Source: Candidatus Latescibacterota bacterium
GTDB lineage: Bacteria; Latescibacterota; UBA2968; UBA8231
DNA length: 64,000 nt
Assembly (NCBI GenBank): GCA_965200315.1
Contig: OZ241362.1
Span: forward strand, 4,448,001-4,512,000
Reading direction: 5' to 3'
The notes under the pieces were generated by a model. The model had not been told where the DNA came from, searched no databases, and saw only the letters and a program-made list of their open reading frames with translations. Shown piece by piece: positions 40,428-50,223 of the stretch; position 1 is the first letter of the stretch, and every line of letters begins with the position of its first letter. Both the position numbers and the translations under genes were made by a program.

Positions 40428-40931
40428 ATGAAGACCTTGCTAATCATGCGCCATGCCAAGTCGGCTTATCCTCCCGGGATAAGCGACGATTTCGACCGCC
40501 CGCTCAACAAGCGCGGCCGTGCGGATTTGCCGCGTATCGCCCACCTGCTCGCAGCGTACGGCCCGCGCCCCGATCTCGTGCTGGCCTCGGCGGCACGCCG
40601 GGCGCAGCAGACGGCCACTGGCCTAGCCGCATCTCTCGGCCTGCCGCCGAGTGCCCTGCACTTGGACGACGCGCTCTACCTCGCATCCCCCAGCACTTTG
40701 GCCCGAGCGGCGGCCGACTTGCCAGACAGCACCCAGACCAGCCTCATCATCGCCCACAACCCCGGGCTGGAGGAGTGGATCGGCGAGCTAACGGGCGCAC
40801 ACATCGCCCTGCCGACTGCGGGTTTAGCCGCCGTCGAATTGGGCATCCACACTTGGGCAGAAATCCGCCGCGGCTGCTTGCTCTACTTCGTGGTGCCGCG
40901 GCTGGTAAAAGCCATAACTCAACGACAATGA
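40428..40931 (+). CDS. sixA: SixA-like histidine phosphatase
   Basis: LLIMRHAKS, DFDRPLNKRG, S.A.RA.QT, AHNPGL. Confidence 0.85.
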   Translation: MKTLLIMRHAKSAYPPGISDDFDRPLNKRGRADLPRIAHLLAAYGPRPDLVLASAARRAQQTATGLAASLGLPPSALHLDDALYLASPSTLARAAADLPDSTQTSLIIAHNPGLEEWIGELTGAHIALPTAGLAAVELGIHTWAEIRRGCLLYFVVPRLVKAITQRQ

Positions 40932-40992
40932 GCGGTTGACGAATGTCGCGGGGATGGCTTATTTTTCAACAAATTACCCGGAGATAACGCGC

Positions 40993-41466
40993 ATGAACCT
41001 GTCGGACATTCTGTCGCTCGAATCCATCATAGTTGACCTCAAAGGAGAATCCAAAGAGGAGATCATCACCGAACTGGTCAACTCGCTCGTAGTCGGCGAT
41101 GCGATCACCGACCGCGACCAAGTATTGCAAGCTGTACTCGACCGCGAAAAAATCATGAGCACGGGCATTGGCGACGGCATCGCCATCCCCCACGGCAAGT
41201 CGGCCGCGGCGACCGAACTAGTCGCTGCTATGGGCACTCAGCGGTGGGGCATGGATTTCGACGCCCTCGATGGCGAGCCAGCCTATGTGTTCTTCCTGCT
41301 GGTCTCCCCGGCCAACGTCTCCGGCCCCCACATCAAGGCATTGGCGCGGATTTCGCGCTTGCTCAAAAACGAAGAGTTCAAAAAGAAGCTCATCGACGCG
41401 AATTCAGCCGAGGAAATCATCGCCACCATCGAAGCGGCCGAGCGCGATATTCCTGCTGCGAACTAG
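40993..41466 (+). CDS. PTS IIA component (fructose/Ntr type)
   Basis: RE..MSTGIG.GIAIPH, FDALDG.P, H...LA.ISR. Confidence 0.92.
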   Translation: MNLSDILSLESIIVDLKGESKEEIITELVNSLVVGDAITDRDQVLQAVLDREKIMSTGIGDGIAIPHGKSAAATELVAAMGTQRWGMDFDALDGEPAYVFFLLVSPANVSGPHIKALARISRLLKNEEFKKKLIDANSAEEIIATIEAAERDIPAAN

Positions 41467-41484
41467 CGCGGCCCCTTCCCCGTC

Positions 41485-43554
41485 TTGCAGTTTCTCAATC
41501 CCGCGGTCCTCTTAGGACTAGTCGCGGCCGCCCTTCCCCTAGCCATCCACCTGCTGCATCGAGGGCGCGCCCAGCCCCATCCTTTCAGCGACTTTACCTT
41601 TCTGCGCCAGCTACAGCAAAACCGCATGCGGCGGCTCCAACTGCGCCAGTGGCTGGTCCTGTTGCTGCGCACGCTCATCATTGTGCTCATCGTCTGTGCC
41701 TTTGCCCATCCTACGTATCAGGCTGGAGGCGGATGGGGAGGCGTCGATCGTCCGGTGGCCGTTCACGCGCTCTTGGACCTGTCGTACAGCACCCGCTACC
41801 AACGGCCCGCTGGCTCCTTCTTCAACCAACTCCAGCGCCAGCTCGGCGACCTGTTGGCCGTTTTGCCCCCGCGCGATCAAGTGGCAGTGCAGCCCTTTGC
41901 CCAACGGCCCTACGCCCCTTTTGCGGGCGACCGCTCCTACTTAGCCGAGCGCATGGCCGAACTGACGCCGACTCAAGAGGCAACCGACTTCCGCACGGCC
42001 TTGCGCGCGGCGGCCCAACGCTTCGACCAAGAAGCCGCACTCGCAGCACACGAGCTTTTTCTCTTTACCGACTTGGCCCAATACAATTGGGATCAACTTG
42101 ACGATTCAATCCCGTCCTTTGCCGACGTACGCGTCTATGTCGCTAGCCCGTGTACCCAGACCCGACCGAATGCTTACGTCGAGCGGGTTGCAGCCCCGAG
42201 TTGGATGCTCGCTGCCGACGCCAAAGTCACTTTGCAAGCCGCCATCGCGCACAGCGGTGCGGGCACGGCGCTCGACCTGTTTGTCGATGGCCAGCGCGTG
42301 AGCCGCCATAGCGTAGAGCCGGGAGCACCGGGCACGGCCCAAGTAGCACTTAGCTTTTCGCCGCGACGGTCCGGGCGGTTGAGTGGGCACGTCGCGCTCG
42401 CAGACGATGCGCTCGCGCTCGACAATCGACGCTACTTCACGCTCGACCTGCCCACCGCCATCACCGTGCTGCTGGTGGGCGAGCGGCCCGAGGATGCGTA
42501 CTATGCACGCCGGGCACTCGGGGCGGCGGCCCTTTCCGATCCGGTCGTGAAAATTCGCACCGATCTTTTTGCCAACCTCGACGCCAGCACCCTCGCCGGA
42601 GTAGATGTGCTCGTGCTCTGCAACCTCGCGCGGCTGAGCGCAACGCAAAAGGCAGCCTTAGACGAGTTCGTCGCCAGCGGTGGGGGCGTGATCCTCTTTC
42701 CCGCGCCGCAGAGCGATCTCGGCTACTACAACCGCGACCTCTTGCCCGGCCTAACTCCGGGGCGCTTCAAAGACCGGATTGGCGCACCCGGCAACACAGC
42801 CAACTATCAAGTCTTAGACGCAGACGAGCCGCACCACCCGCTTTTCAACGACCTCCTCGCCAGCGACGGCGATCAGTCGCGTTTCTACGCCTATTTCTCT
42901 ATAGTCTCCGCGCCCGACCTTTTGCCTTTGGTCCGCTTCAGCGATGGACAGCTCGCGATGGCACTAGCTTGGAAGGGGCAGGGGCGCGTCGCGCTCGCGG
43001 CCTTCCCTATGGACCCGGAGTGGAACGACTTGCACCAACGCGGGCTGTTCGCCCCCCTCCTGCACCGCTTGGTGCGCGAGTTGAGCCTGCCGCCCGATCG
43101 CCATGCCGCTTACTTGGTGGGAGAAACGGTTTATCGCCGCTTGGCCGATGTGCCAATGGAAGCAGTCGTAGAGGCCGAGACGCCATCGGGCGAGCGACTG
43201 CGCTTGGAGCCGGAGTCCGTCGGTGGCCAATACTTGTGGAAAATTCCCCACGTTGGCGAGGCTGGCATCTGGCGTCTACGCGCTGCGGGCGCAGCAGTCG
43301 ATGCGTTCGCCGTCAACTTCGACGGCCGCGAATCCGCGCTAGTGCCCATAGCACCCGAGCGCGTACGGAGCATTTTCGCGGACGCAGAAGTCCATTTCCT
43401 CAGCCCGGGCGACGACCTACGCCTCGCGGTTTTGGGCAATCGACACGGCCGCGAGTTGTGGCGCACATTCCTGATTTTAGTGCTCGCTCTCCTCCTCGCC
43501 GAACAGTGGATCGCCCGCGCCCCCCGCGACGTTGCAGCGCGTCGGGCTGCATAA
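41485..43554 (+). CDS. BatA / N-terminal double-transmembrane domain protein
   Basis: FLNP..L.GL....LP.AIHL, LL.LR, LLDLS.S, D.L..DN.RY, C-terminal ELW......L.LLL.E. Confidence 0.85.
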   Translation: MQFLNPAVLLGLVAAALPLAIHLLHRGRAQPHPFSDFTFLRQLQQNRMRRLQLRQWLVLLLRTLIIVLIVCAFAHPTYQAGGGWGGVDRPVAVHALLDLSYSTRYQRPAGSFFNQLQRQLGDLLAVLPPRDQVAVQPFAQRPYAPFAGDRSYLAERMAELTPTQEATDFRTALRAAAQRFDQEAALAAHELFLFTDLAQYNWDQLDDSIPSFADVRVYVASPCTQTRPNAYVERVAAPSWMLAADAKVTLQAAIAHSGAGTALDLFVDGQRVSRHSVEPGAPGTAQVALSFSPRRSGRLSGHVALADDALALDNRRYFTLDLPTAITVLLVGERPEDAYYARRALGAAALSDPVVKIRTDLFANLDASTLAGVDVLVLCNLARLSATQKAALDEFVASGGGVILFPAPQSDLGYYNRDLLPGLTPGRFKDRIGAPGNTANYQVLDADEPHHPLFNDLLASDGDQSRFYAYFSIVSAPDLLPLVRFSDGQLAMALAWKGQGRVALAAFPMDPEWNDLHQRGLFAPLLHRLVRELSLPPDRHAAYLVGETVYRRLADVPMEAVVEAETPSGERLRLEPESVGGQYLWKIPHVGEAGIWRLRAAGAAVDAFAVNFDGRESALVPIAPERVRSIFADAEVHFLSPGDDLRLAVLGNRHGRELWRTFLILVLALLLAEQWIARAPRDVAARRAA

Positions 43555-43656
43555 AGAGAAAATTATATACGTGAGTGTTGGATTCAACGAGAAGTTTTAT
43601 GACCCTACGCCGAGAAAGTGCGCCGTGGGCAACCTGCAAGGAGACATAAAGAAAAA

Positions 43657-44076
43657 ATGAAAAACTATTTTGATCAAGAACTAGTAGATACCATAGGAGT
43701 ATTTCTGTCTTTTTCGTGTGTGATCCACTGTGTGGCAATGCCGCTTTTAGTAACAATTCTGCCGTTACTAGGGCTCGGATTCCTCGCAAGTGAACGCACG
43801 GAATTAATCATTATTGGAGCCGTTGCGCTCGCATTAGGTAGCGTCGTTTGGGGGATTAGGCATCACAGAAGTTGGAGAGCATTTCTCATTCTCGTAGCGG
43901 CAGTAGCGTTTATCGCCACCGCCCACATTGCTACTGAAGGAATCTTTGAAGTAGCCCTCCATGCAGCAGGAGGCATCCTACTGGCAGTAGCGCATCTCCT
44001 AAATCGGCACCTATGTAAGATATGTCCTGCATGTGAATGCGAACATACGGGTGATTCTCACTCGCTGCGGCATTGA
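43657..44076 (+). CDS. MerC-domain membrane protein
   Basis: D.IG..LS..C.IHC...P, G.RHH, GG.LL..AH.LN; locally AT-richer. Confidence 0.8.
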   Translation: MKNYFDQELVDTIGVFLSFSCVIHCVAMPLLVTILPLLGLGFLASERTELIIIGAVALALGSVVWGIRHHRSWRAFLILVAAVAFIATAHIATEGIFEVALHAAGGILLAVAHLLNRHLCKICPACECEHTGDSHSLRH

Positions 44077-44096
44077 CAGAGTATACGACCTTTACC

Positions 44097-44414
44097 TCAT
44101 CTGCCCGCGTCTAGTTCGCGAAAAAACGCGAACGTATAAATGCCGTGGTCGTGCCCGTCGGCCCATTCGATGCGAATGCCGTAGTGCCCGACGTAGCTAA
44201 TCCCCCGCACCTCGGCCGTAGCCGACACAGCCTCGGGCTGCAAGAGCGTCAACCCACCCTCGCTCGTGTCGCGCAATTCCCGGCAGTGGGCGCAGGGGCA
44301 CTCGCGCCGCAACCCCTCCAAACTGTAGCGGCTCTCGCGGCCATCGCTCCACGCGATGACCAACTCGCCGGCCCGGCCATCCACGGCAATGTCGCGTGGC
44401 TTCGCCTTGTTCAA
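44097..44414 (-). CDS. DUF971 (gamma-butyrobetaine hydroxylase N-terminal-like) protein
   Basis: L.I.WSDG.ES.Y....LR..CPCA.C, VG.YGI.I.W.DGH..GIY; TTG 44414 overlaps the rimO stop. Confidence 0.85.
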   Translation of the reverse strand: MNKAKPRDIAVDGRAGELVIAWSDGRESRYSLEGLRRECPCAHCRELRDTSEGGLTLLQPEAVSATAEVRGISYVGHYGIRIEWADGHDHGIYTFAFFRELDAGR

Positions 44415-45730
44415 CGCGGCTCTCCCACCACCTCGGCACTCAGCTCGTAGGGCGCGGCTGCGGTGATTTCCACTTCGACGAAAGAACCCACCGGCGGCGT
44501 ACCCTCGGTGATGACGACTTGGCCGTCGATTTCCGGGGCGTCGCGCTCCATCCGCCCATAGCACATCTCCCCCACGCACGCATCGACCAAGACCTGATGC
44601 CGCGTGCCGACGAGCTCGTCGTTTTTCTCCGTGCCCACGCGCTCCTGCAGTTGCGTCAGGCGGCTGTAGCGCTCCTGCTTGACCTCCTCGCTGACCGGAT
44701 CGCCGAGCGCATACGCGGAAGTCCCCTCTTCCGGCGAGTAGAGAAAGCCGGTCGCATAGTCGAAGCGCGTCTCGGCCACGAACTCCAGCAAGGCGGCAAA
44801 ATCGGCTTCGGTCTCGCCGGGGAAACCCACGATGAACGTCGAGCGCAGCCCAGCCCCCGGCAGCCGTTCCTGCAGACGCGCCAACAAATCGAGCGTCTTT
44901 TGGCGCGTCGTCGCTCGCTTCATGCGCTTGAGCACCGGGTCGGAGATGTGTTGCAGCGGCATGTCGATGTACAGGCACATTTTGTCGCACGTGGCGTAGA
45001 AGTCGATCAGTTCCTCGGTCCAGAACGCCGGATAGGTGTACAGCAAGCGCATCCACTCAATGCCCTCCACCTCGGCGAGCGCTTGTAGGAGGCGCACGAG
45101 CTGGGGGCGGCCGTAGAGGTCGGCCCCGTAGCGAACCGAATCCTGAGAGACCAAAACCAACTCCCGCACCCCCTCTGCGGCCAGCCGTGCGGCCTCGGCC
45201 ACGAGCTGTTCAATCGGCTCGCTCACGTGCCGCCCGCGAATGGCGGGGATGGCGCAAAAGGCGCATTGGTGATCGCAGCCGTCCGATATGCGCAGGTATG
45301 CCCAGTGCTTGGGCGTCAGCGAGGTCCGCGGCAAGCTGGCCAAGTACTGGGGCCGCTGGACGCCCAACACGTCGTCAACGTGGTGGACGATGTCGGCCTC
45401 GTCGGAGATCGTCAGCAGCTTGTCGGCCTCCACCAACTCCTGAGCTAGCTCCTCGTAGTAGCGAGTCGATAGACACCCGGTGACGATCACCCCTTCGCAC
45501 TGACCCTCTTGCTTGAGCCGATGCGCGTCCATAATCGCGGCGATGGATTCTTCTTTGGCCGGCTCGATAAAGCCGCACGTATTGACCACCACGACCTCGG
45601 CCTCCTCGGGCGCGTCCGTTAGCTGATAGGCATGGCCCTGCAAAAGCCCCAGCATCCGCTCGGAATCAACCGTGTTTTTCGGGCACCCTAAGCTGATTAG
45701 GTGAACTTTATGGGGCTGGTTTTTGCTCAA
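44411..45730 (-). CDS. rimO: Ribosomal protein S12 methylthiotransferase
   Basis: SLGCPKN.VDSE, NTCGFI, YL.ISDGCD..C.FC.IP, YIDMPLQH, DAPEIDG. Confidence 0.95.
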   Translation of the reverse strand: MSKNQPHKVHLISLGCPKNTVDSERMLGLLQGHAYQLTDAPEEAEVVVVNTCGFIEPAKEESIAAIMDAHRLKQEGQCEGVIVTGCLSTRYYEELAQELVEADKLLTISDEADIVHHVDDVLGVQRPQYLASLPRTSLTPKHWAYLRISDGCDHQCAFCAIPAIRGRHVSEPIEQLVAEAARLAAEGVRELVLVSQDSVRYGADLYGRPQLVRLLQALAEVEGIEWMRLLYTYPAFWTEELIDFYATCDKMCLYIDMPLQHISDPVLKRMKRATTRQKTLDLLARLQERLPGAGLRSTFIVGFPGETEADFAALLEFVAETRFDYATGFLYSPEEGTSAYALGDPVSEEVKQERYSRLTQLQERVGTEKNDELVGTRHQVLVDACVGEMCYGRMERDAPEIDGQVVITEGTPPVGSFVEVEITAAAPYELSAEVVGEPR

Positions 45731-45752
45731 AATAGTGATTGGTGGTTAGTGG

Positions 45753-46871
45753 TTAATGGGTGGCCGGCCAACTCGCGCTGCACTGCTGAGCGTATTCAAT
45801 GGCCGCTCGTACCGTCTCCTCGGTTATTCCTGCGGCGATCTCCACTTCCCCAATCCGCCGCCCCAGCACGAACCGCAACCGCCCATCCACTCGCTTCTTG
45901 TCGGCCTTGGCACAGGCCAAAATTCGTTCCGCCTCCATATCGGCCAACCCTTTGGGCACCCCCAACCGCTCCAGCAACGCATCCTGCCGCTGCCTTTCCG
46001 CTTCGGGCCAAAACCCCTCGCGGCAGGCGATTTCGCCCGCGGCGATCAGGCCCAAAATCACCGCCTCCCCGTGCCGGTAGCGGCCGTAGTCCGTGGCGGC
46101 CTCAATCGCGTGCCCAATGGTGTGCCCGTAATTGAGGATGGCCCGCAAACCCTGCTCCTTTTCGTCGGCAGCCACCACCTCGGCCTTGATCTCGACATTG
46201 CGACCAATCAGCCAGTCCAAGGTCTCCGGTGCCAACGCCATATCCACGACTTCCTCCAAGTACTCCTCCAAAAAGGCGAAGAGCGCAGCGTCGCGGATCA
46301 GCCCGTGTTTGACCACCTCGGCCATGCCCGCGACCCGTTCCCGCCGCGGCAGCGAGTGCAGCGCATTGGTGTCGGCCAAGACCAAACGCGGCTGGTGAAA
46401 GGTGCCGATCAGGTTTTTGCCCAGCGCGTGATTGACCCCTGTCTTGCCGCCGATGCTCGAATCCACCTGCGCGACAATGGTCGTCGGCACCTGCACATAG
46501 GGCACACCGCGCAAATAGGTGGAGGCCACAAAGCCCGCCATGTCGCCGACTACGCCGCCGCCGAGGGCCACGACCCAAGCGCCGCGGTCGAACTCGGCCG
46601 CGATCATCTGCGCGAAAAGGCCCTCGGCCCCGCTCAAGTTCTTGGCCTCTTCCCCCCCGGCATAGACAATCTCCAACACCTCAAACCCAGCAGCGCGCAA
46701 GCTGGCGGCCGCAGGTTGCAGGTAGCGCGCCGCCACGACCTCGTCGGACACTAGCGCGACCTGCCGGCCCAAGGCCAAGTCGCGGCAGCGCGGCCCCAGT
46801 TCCCCTAAGATATCGTGGCCGACGAAAATAGGATATGCAGCCCCCGGGATGTCTAAGTCAATTCTTAGCAT
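45753..46871 (-). CDS. aroB: 3-dehydroquinate synthase
   Basis: ALGGGVVGD.AGF, PTT..AQVDSSIGGKTG, LNYGHTIGHAIE, HGEAV. Confidence 0.96.
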   Translation of the reverse strand: MLRIDLDIPGAAYPIFVGHDILGELGPRCRDLALGRQVALVSDEVVAARYLQPAAASLRAAGFEVLEIVYAGGEEAKNLSGAEGLFAQMIAAEFDRGAWVVALGGGVVGDMAGFVASTYLRGVPYVQVPTTIVAQVDSSIGGKTGVNHALGKNLIGTFHQPRLVLADTNALHSLPRRERVAGMAEVVKHGLIRDAALFAFLEEYLEEVVDMALAPETLDWLIGRNVEIKAEVVAADEKEQGLRAILNYGHTIGHAIEAATDYGRYRHGEAVILGLIAAGEIACREGFWPEAERQRQDALLERLGVPKGLADMEAERILACAKADKKRVDGRLRFVLGRRIGEVEIAAGITEETVRAAIEYAQQCSASWPATH

Positions 46872-47391
46872 AGCTCTCCAACAAGGCGAGGAGTTGCCCG
46901 GCTGTGTCTTCAGGCGTCTGCGCCTGCGTGGTGTACAGCTCGATGTGGGCTTGGTCGTAGTACGGAGTGCGCTCGCGGAGCAGGGACTCTATTTTGGCGC
47001 GTTGCGCCTGCGGAGCCAACCCGACGAGCAGGGGCCGGTGCGAGCGGCACCGGACGCGGGCAAAAATCGTATCCACGTCGGCCTTGAGGCACACTAAGAT
47101 GCCAGCACAACGCACGGCCGCGACGTTGTCGGCGCGAGTAACTGCCCCACCACCCAAGGCCACTACGGCATCCGGGCGCTGGCAGGTTTCGAGGACGCAG
47201 TCGCGCTCTAGCTGGCGGAAGTGCGCCTCGCCTTCGCCAGCAAAAATCTCCGCAATGGACTTGCTGGCGCGCTGTTCGATCATCCGGTCGGTATCCAAAA
47301 AGCAACGCCCTAGCTGCTGCGCCAGAATGCGCCCGACTCGGGTCTTGCCCACGCCCATAAAACCAGTCAAAAATATCGGCCCTTCCGTCAT
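46858..47391 (-). CDS. aroK: Shikimate kinase
   Basis: GFMGVGKT, DTD, GEA.FR.LE, ALGGG, RPLL. Confidence 0.95.
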   Translation of the reverse strand: MTEGPIFLTGFMGVGKTRVGRILAQQLGRCFLDTDRMIEQRASKSIAEIFAGEGEAHFRQLERDCVLETCQRPDAVVALGGGAVTRADNVAAVRCAGILVCLKADVDTIFARVRCRSHRPLLVGLAPQAQRAKIESLLRERTPYYDQAHIELYTTQAQTPEDTAGQLLALLESYAKN

Positions 47392-47401
47392 GGCCCACGC
47401 C

Positions 47402-49117
47402 TCACATTCGCTCGAGAGTCTCGATGCCGAGCAGGTCGAGGCCTTGGCGCAGGATGCGCGCGGTCAGCAGCGCGAGTAGTAGCCGACTCGTGCGTACCGG
47501 CTCGTCTGCGCGGAGGACCGGGCACTGCTCGTAGAACTTCATAAAGGCGTCCGCCAGCTCGTAGAGATAGTTGCATAGTACATGCGGATAGCACTGGCGG
47601 GCCACGGCCGCGACGGGCTCGGGAAACTGCAACAGCTTGATGGCCAGCGCATGCTCGGCTCTTTCGCCAATGGCGATCGCCCCGCCGAGCGCACCTTCAT
47701 CCACGCCAGCGCGGCGGAACATGCTCTTGATGCGGGCATACGAGTAGAGCATGTACGGAGCGGTGTTGCCGTCGAGGGATAGCATCTTGTCCCAGTCGAA
47801 CACGTAGTCCGAGGTGCGGTTGAACGACAGCTCCATGTATTTGATGCTGCCAATGCCGATCACGCGGGCTATCTGCTGCCGCTCGGCCTCGTCCATGTCG
47901 GGATTCTTGTCGCTCACTTGGGCAAAGGCCCGCGCCACACCCTCCTCCAATACGTCCATCAGCTTGACCGCGCCGCCGGCCCGCGTCCTGAACGGCCGGT
48001 TATCCGCGCCTAAAATCGCGCCAAACGCGTGGTGCTCCAAAGCAGTCGGCACCGGCGCGTACCCAGCCGCCCGCGCCACCGCGAAGACCTGCTGTAAGTG
48101 GAACGACTGGCGCGCATCGACTATGTAGAGGATGCGGTCGGCAGCAAGCGCACCGGCCCGATAGCGCACGGCCGCGAGGTCACTCGTCGCATAGAGGTAG
48201 CCACCGTCCGACTTCTGCACGATCACCGGCGTGATCTGGCCGTCCTTGTTTTTGAATTCCTTCAAGAAGACGCACTGTGCGCCGTTGGATTCCACGAGCA
48301 AGCCTTGGGCCCGCAAATCTTCGATCACGCGGGGCAAGTCATCGTTGTACGCGCTCTCTCCCTGCACGTCTTCGGGCTTGAGGCCGACCCCTAGCGAGGC
48401 GTACACGCGCTGGCCGTGGGCGAGCGACTCGTCGATGAACTGCTGCCACATCCGCTGCACGTGCGGGTCGCCGCTTTGCAGCTTGACCACGTATTCCCGC
48501 GACAAATCGGCGAAGGCTTCATCTTGGTCAAAGCGTTGACGCGCCGATTGGTAGAATACTTCTAGATCGGCCAATTCCGTGGCCGGGTCCGCGATCTCGT
48601 CCAAGTGAGCGATGAGCATCCCAAACTGCGTTCCCCAGTCGCCCACGTGATTGTGGCGCACCACCTCGTGGCCCAAAAATTCGAGGACGCGGGCGATGGC
48701 ATCACCGATGACCGTGCTGCGCAGATGGCCGATGTGCATTTCCTTGGCCAAGTTGGGATGCGAGTAGTCAATTACGGCCTTTTGCGGCGCATCCTCGGGC
48801 ACACCAAGCCGCGGATCGGCCAGCGCGTTCCCCAACTGCGCGGCCAGCCACTCGCCCTTGAGCTGGATATTGATAAAGCCCGGGCCGGCGATATCTACAG
48901 ACGCGGCCATGTCCTCCAAGTCCAGTTCCTCCACGACTTGGGCGGCGAGTGCGCGGGGGTTGGTCTTCAGCTTCTTGGCCGCGGCCATCACGCCATTGGC
49001 TTGGTAGTCGCCGAACTCCGGGCGGGTGGCCGGGCCGACGAGGGCCGGGGAATCCACCGGCGCGCCCGCTCGGGCCAGTGCCGCGCTGATGCGCGTTTCT
49101 AATGATTCGGTTATCAT
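47402..49117 (-). CDS. argS: Arginine--tRNA ligase
   Basis: FGDYQAN, DYS.PN.AKEMHIGHLRST.IGD, KSDGGYLY.T.DLA, GNTAPY. Confidence 0.97.
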   Translation of the reverse strand: MITESLETRISAALARAGAPVDSPALVGPATRPEFGDYQANGVMAAAKKLKTNPRALAAQVVEELDLEDMAASVDIAGPGFINIQLKGEWLAAQLGNALADPRLGVPEDAPQKAVIDYSHPNLAKEMHIGHLRSTVIGDAIARVLEFLGHEVVRHNHVGDWGTQFGMLIAHLDEIADPATELADLEVFYQSARQRFDQDEAFADLSREYVVKLQSGDPHVQRMWQQFIDESLAHGQRVYASLGVGLKPEDVQGESAYNDDLPRVIEDLRAQGLLVESNGAQCVFLKEFKNKDGQITPVIVQKSDGGYLYATSDLAAVRYRAGALAADRILYIVDARQSFHLQQVFAVARAAGYAPVPTALEHHAFGAILGADNRPFRTRAGGAVKLMDVLEEGVARAFAQVSDKNPDMDEAERQQIARVIGIGSIKYMELSFNRTSDYVFDWDKMLSLDGNTAPYMLYSYARIKSMFRRAGVDEGALGGAIAIGERAEHALAIKLLQFPEPVAAVARQCYPHVLCNYLYELADAFMKFYEQCPVLRADEPVRTSRLLLALLTARILRQGLDLLGIETLERM

Positions 49118-49170
49118 GTGCTATAACAGTTCTGAATGACTTGAACGATGCAATCTGCGGATCGTCTTGC

Positions 49171-49185
49171 GTAGGGGCCCCCTAC
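49171..49185. repeat. Short GTAG...CTAC palindrome, possible collapsed REP
   Basis: gtaggggccccctac in the argS-aroE gap. Confidence 0.35.
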
Positions 49186-49235
49186 TATTCTGAGTCCATT
49201 GGCGGATTATCTCGTGAATCCACTCACCCAACGGC

Positions 49236-50084
49236 CTAAGCGGGGAAATGCTCTAGTGCGGCCGCAGTCATCGCCTCGACCGGCGGCTCGACACCCGTCC
49301 ATATCTCAAACGAGCGCGCGCCCTGCCAAGCGAGCATACCCAAGCCGTTGATCGCCCGCGCACCAGCGGCTGCGGCCTGCCGCATGAGCATAGTCTCTAA
49401 CGGATTGTACACAATGTCGGCGACCAGCATGCGCTCGTGCAGGCACGACGGGTCCGCCAGCGGCGAAGCACCTGCGCGGGGGTGCATCCCCAGCGCCGTG
49501 GCGTTGATGAGCAAACCAGCCTCCCCCATCGGCCCGGTCTCTGTCAGCGAGCCGACCCGCACCTTGCCCTCGCTGTCGAGGTCGCCAGCGAGAGCGGCGG
49601 CCTTTTCCACCGTGCGGTTGAGTAGCAGCACTTCCTCCACCTCGTCCCGCGCCAGCAGCGCATAGAGCACGGCCCGCGCCGCACCGCCCGCGCCGAGGAG
49701 TGCGACCTTGGGCGGCAGCGGGTCCAAGCCACCATCGGCCTTGAGGCTTTGGACGATTCCGAAGGCGTCGGTATTGTACCCCACGAGCCGGCCATCGCGG
49801 TTGGCAATGGTATTGACCGCGCCAATGCTCTGGGCTTCGGCGGAAACCTCGTCGAGATGCGCCATGACCGCCTGCTTGTGAGGCACCGTTACATTCAACC
49901 CAACCATGCCGAAGGCACGCATTCCGGCGAGCGCTTGAGACAAGGCTGCGGGAGCAACGCGTAACGCCGCGTACACATAGTTGAGATTCAGTGCCTTGAG
50001 CGCGGCATTGTGCATAGCCGGCGATGCCGTGTGTGCGACCGGGTCGCCGATGACGCCGAGCACCCGCGTCGTCCCGGAAATCAC
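49236..50084 (-). CDS. aroE: Shikimate dehydrogenase
   Basis: IGDPV.H..SP.MHN, NVTVPHK, GAVNT, NTD, GAGGAA, DIVYNP, GLGML. Confidence 0.95.
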   Translation of the reverse strand: MISGTTRVLGVIGDPVAHTASPAMHNAALKALNLNYVYAALRVAPAALSQALAGMRAFGMVGLNVTVPHKQAVMAHLDEVSAEAQSIGAVNTIANRDGRLVGYNTDAFGIVQSLKADGGLDPLPPKVALLGAGGAARAVLYALLARDEVEEVLLLNRTVEKAAALAGDLDSEGKVRVGSLTETGPMGEAGLLINATALGMHPRAGASPLADPSCLHERMLVADIVYNPLETMLMRQAAAAGARAINGLGMLAWQGARSFEIWTGVEPPVEAMTAAALEHFPA

Positions 50085-50221
50085 CCCAACAAATCCTCAA
50101 TGAAGCAGTTGGCAATCTCAAAGGATTCGCGCCACGATACTCCGTAGAGCAAGCGAATGGCGAGTAGGCCACCGCCTAACATCACGGCCGCGCACACAAA
50201 GAGCCGAAAAATTCCTCTCAT
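50081..50221 (-). CDS. 46-aa small membrane protein (below the ORF track cutoff)
   Basis: MRGIFRLFVCAAVMLGGGLLAIRLLYGVSWRESFEIANCFIEDLLG; RBS GGAGGAGG; GTGA overlap with aroE. Confidence 0.7.
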   Translation of the reverse strand: MRGIFRLFVCAAVMLGGGLLAIRLLYGVSWRESFEIANCFIEDLLG

Positions 50222-50223
50222 AT

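Noticed and set aside
44097-45056. 319-aa ORF as called
   Set aside because: Most of it overlaps rimO in another frame; only 44097-44414 shows DUF971 motifs
45756-46754. Long antisense ORFs (this one, 11643..12590, 54824..55780 and others)
   Set aside because: Shadow frames of high-GC genes with no recognisable motifs
49118-49235. Remnant of a RAYT or HepT-like gene in the argS-aroE gap
   Set aside because: Only a few residues of resemblance, too short to support
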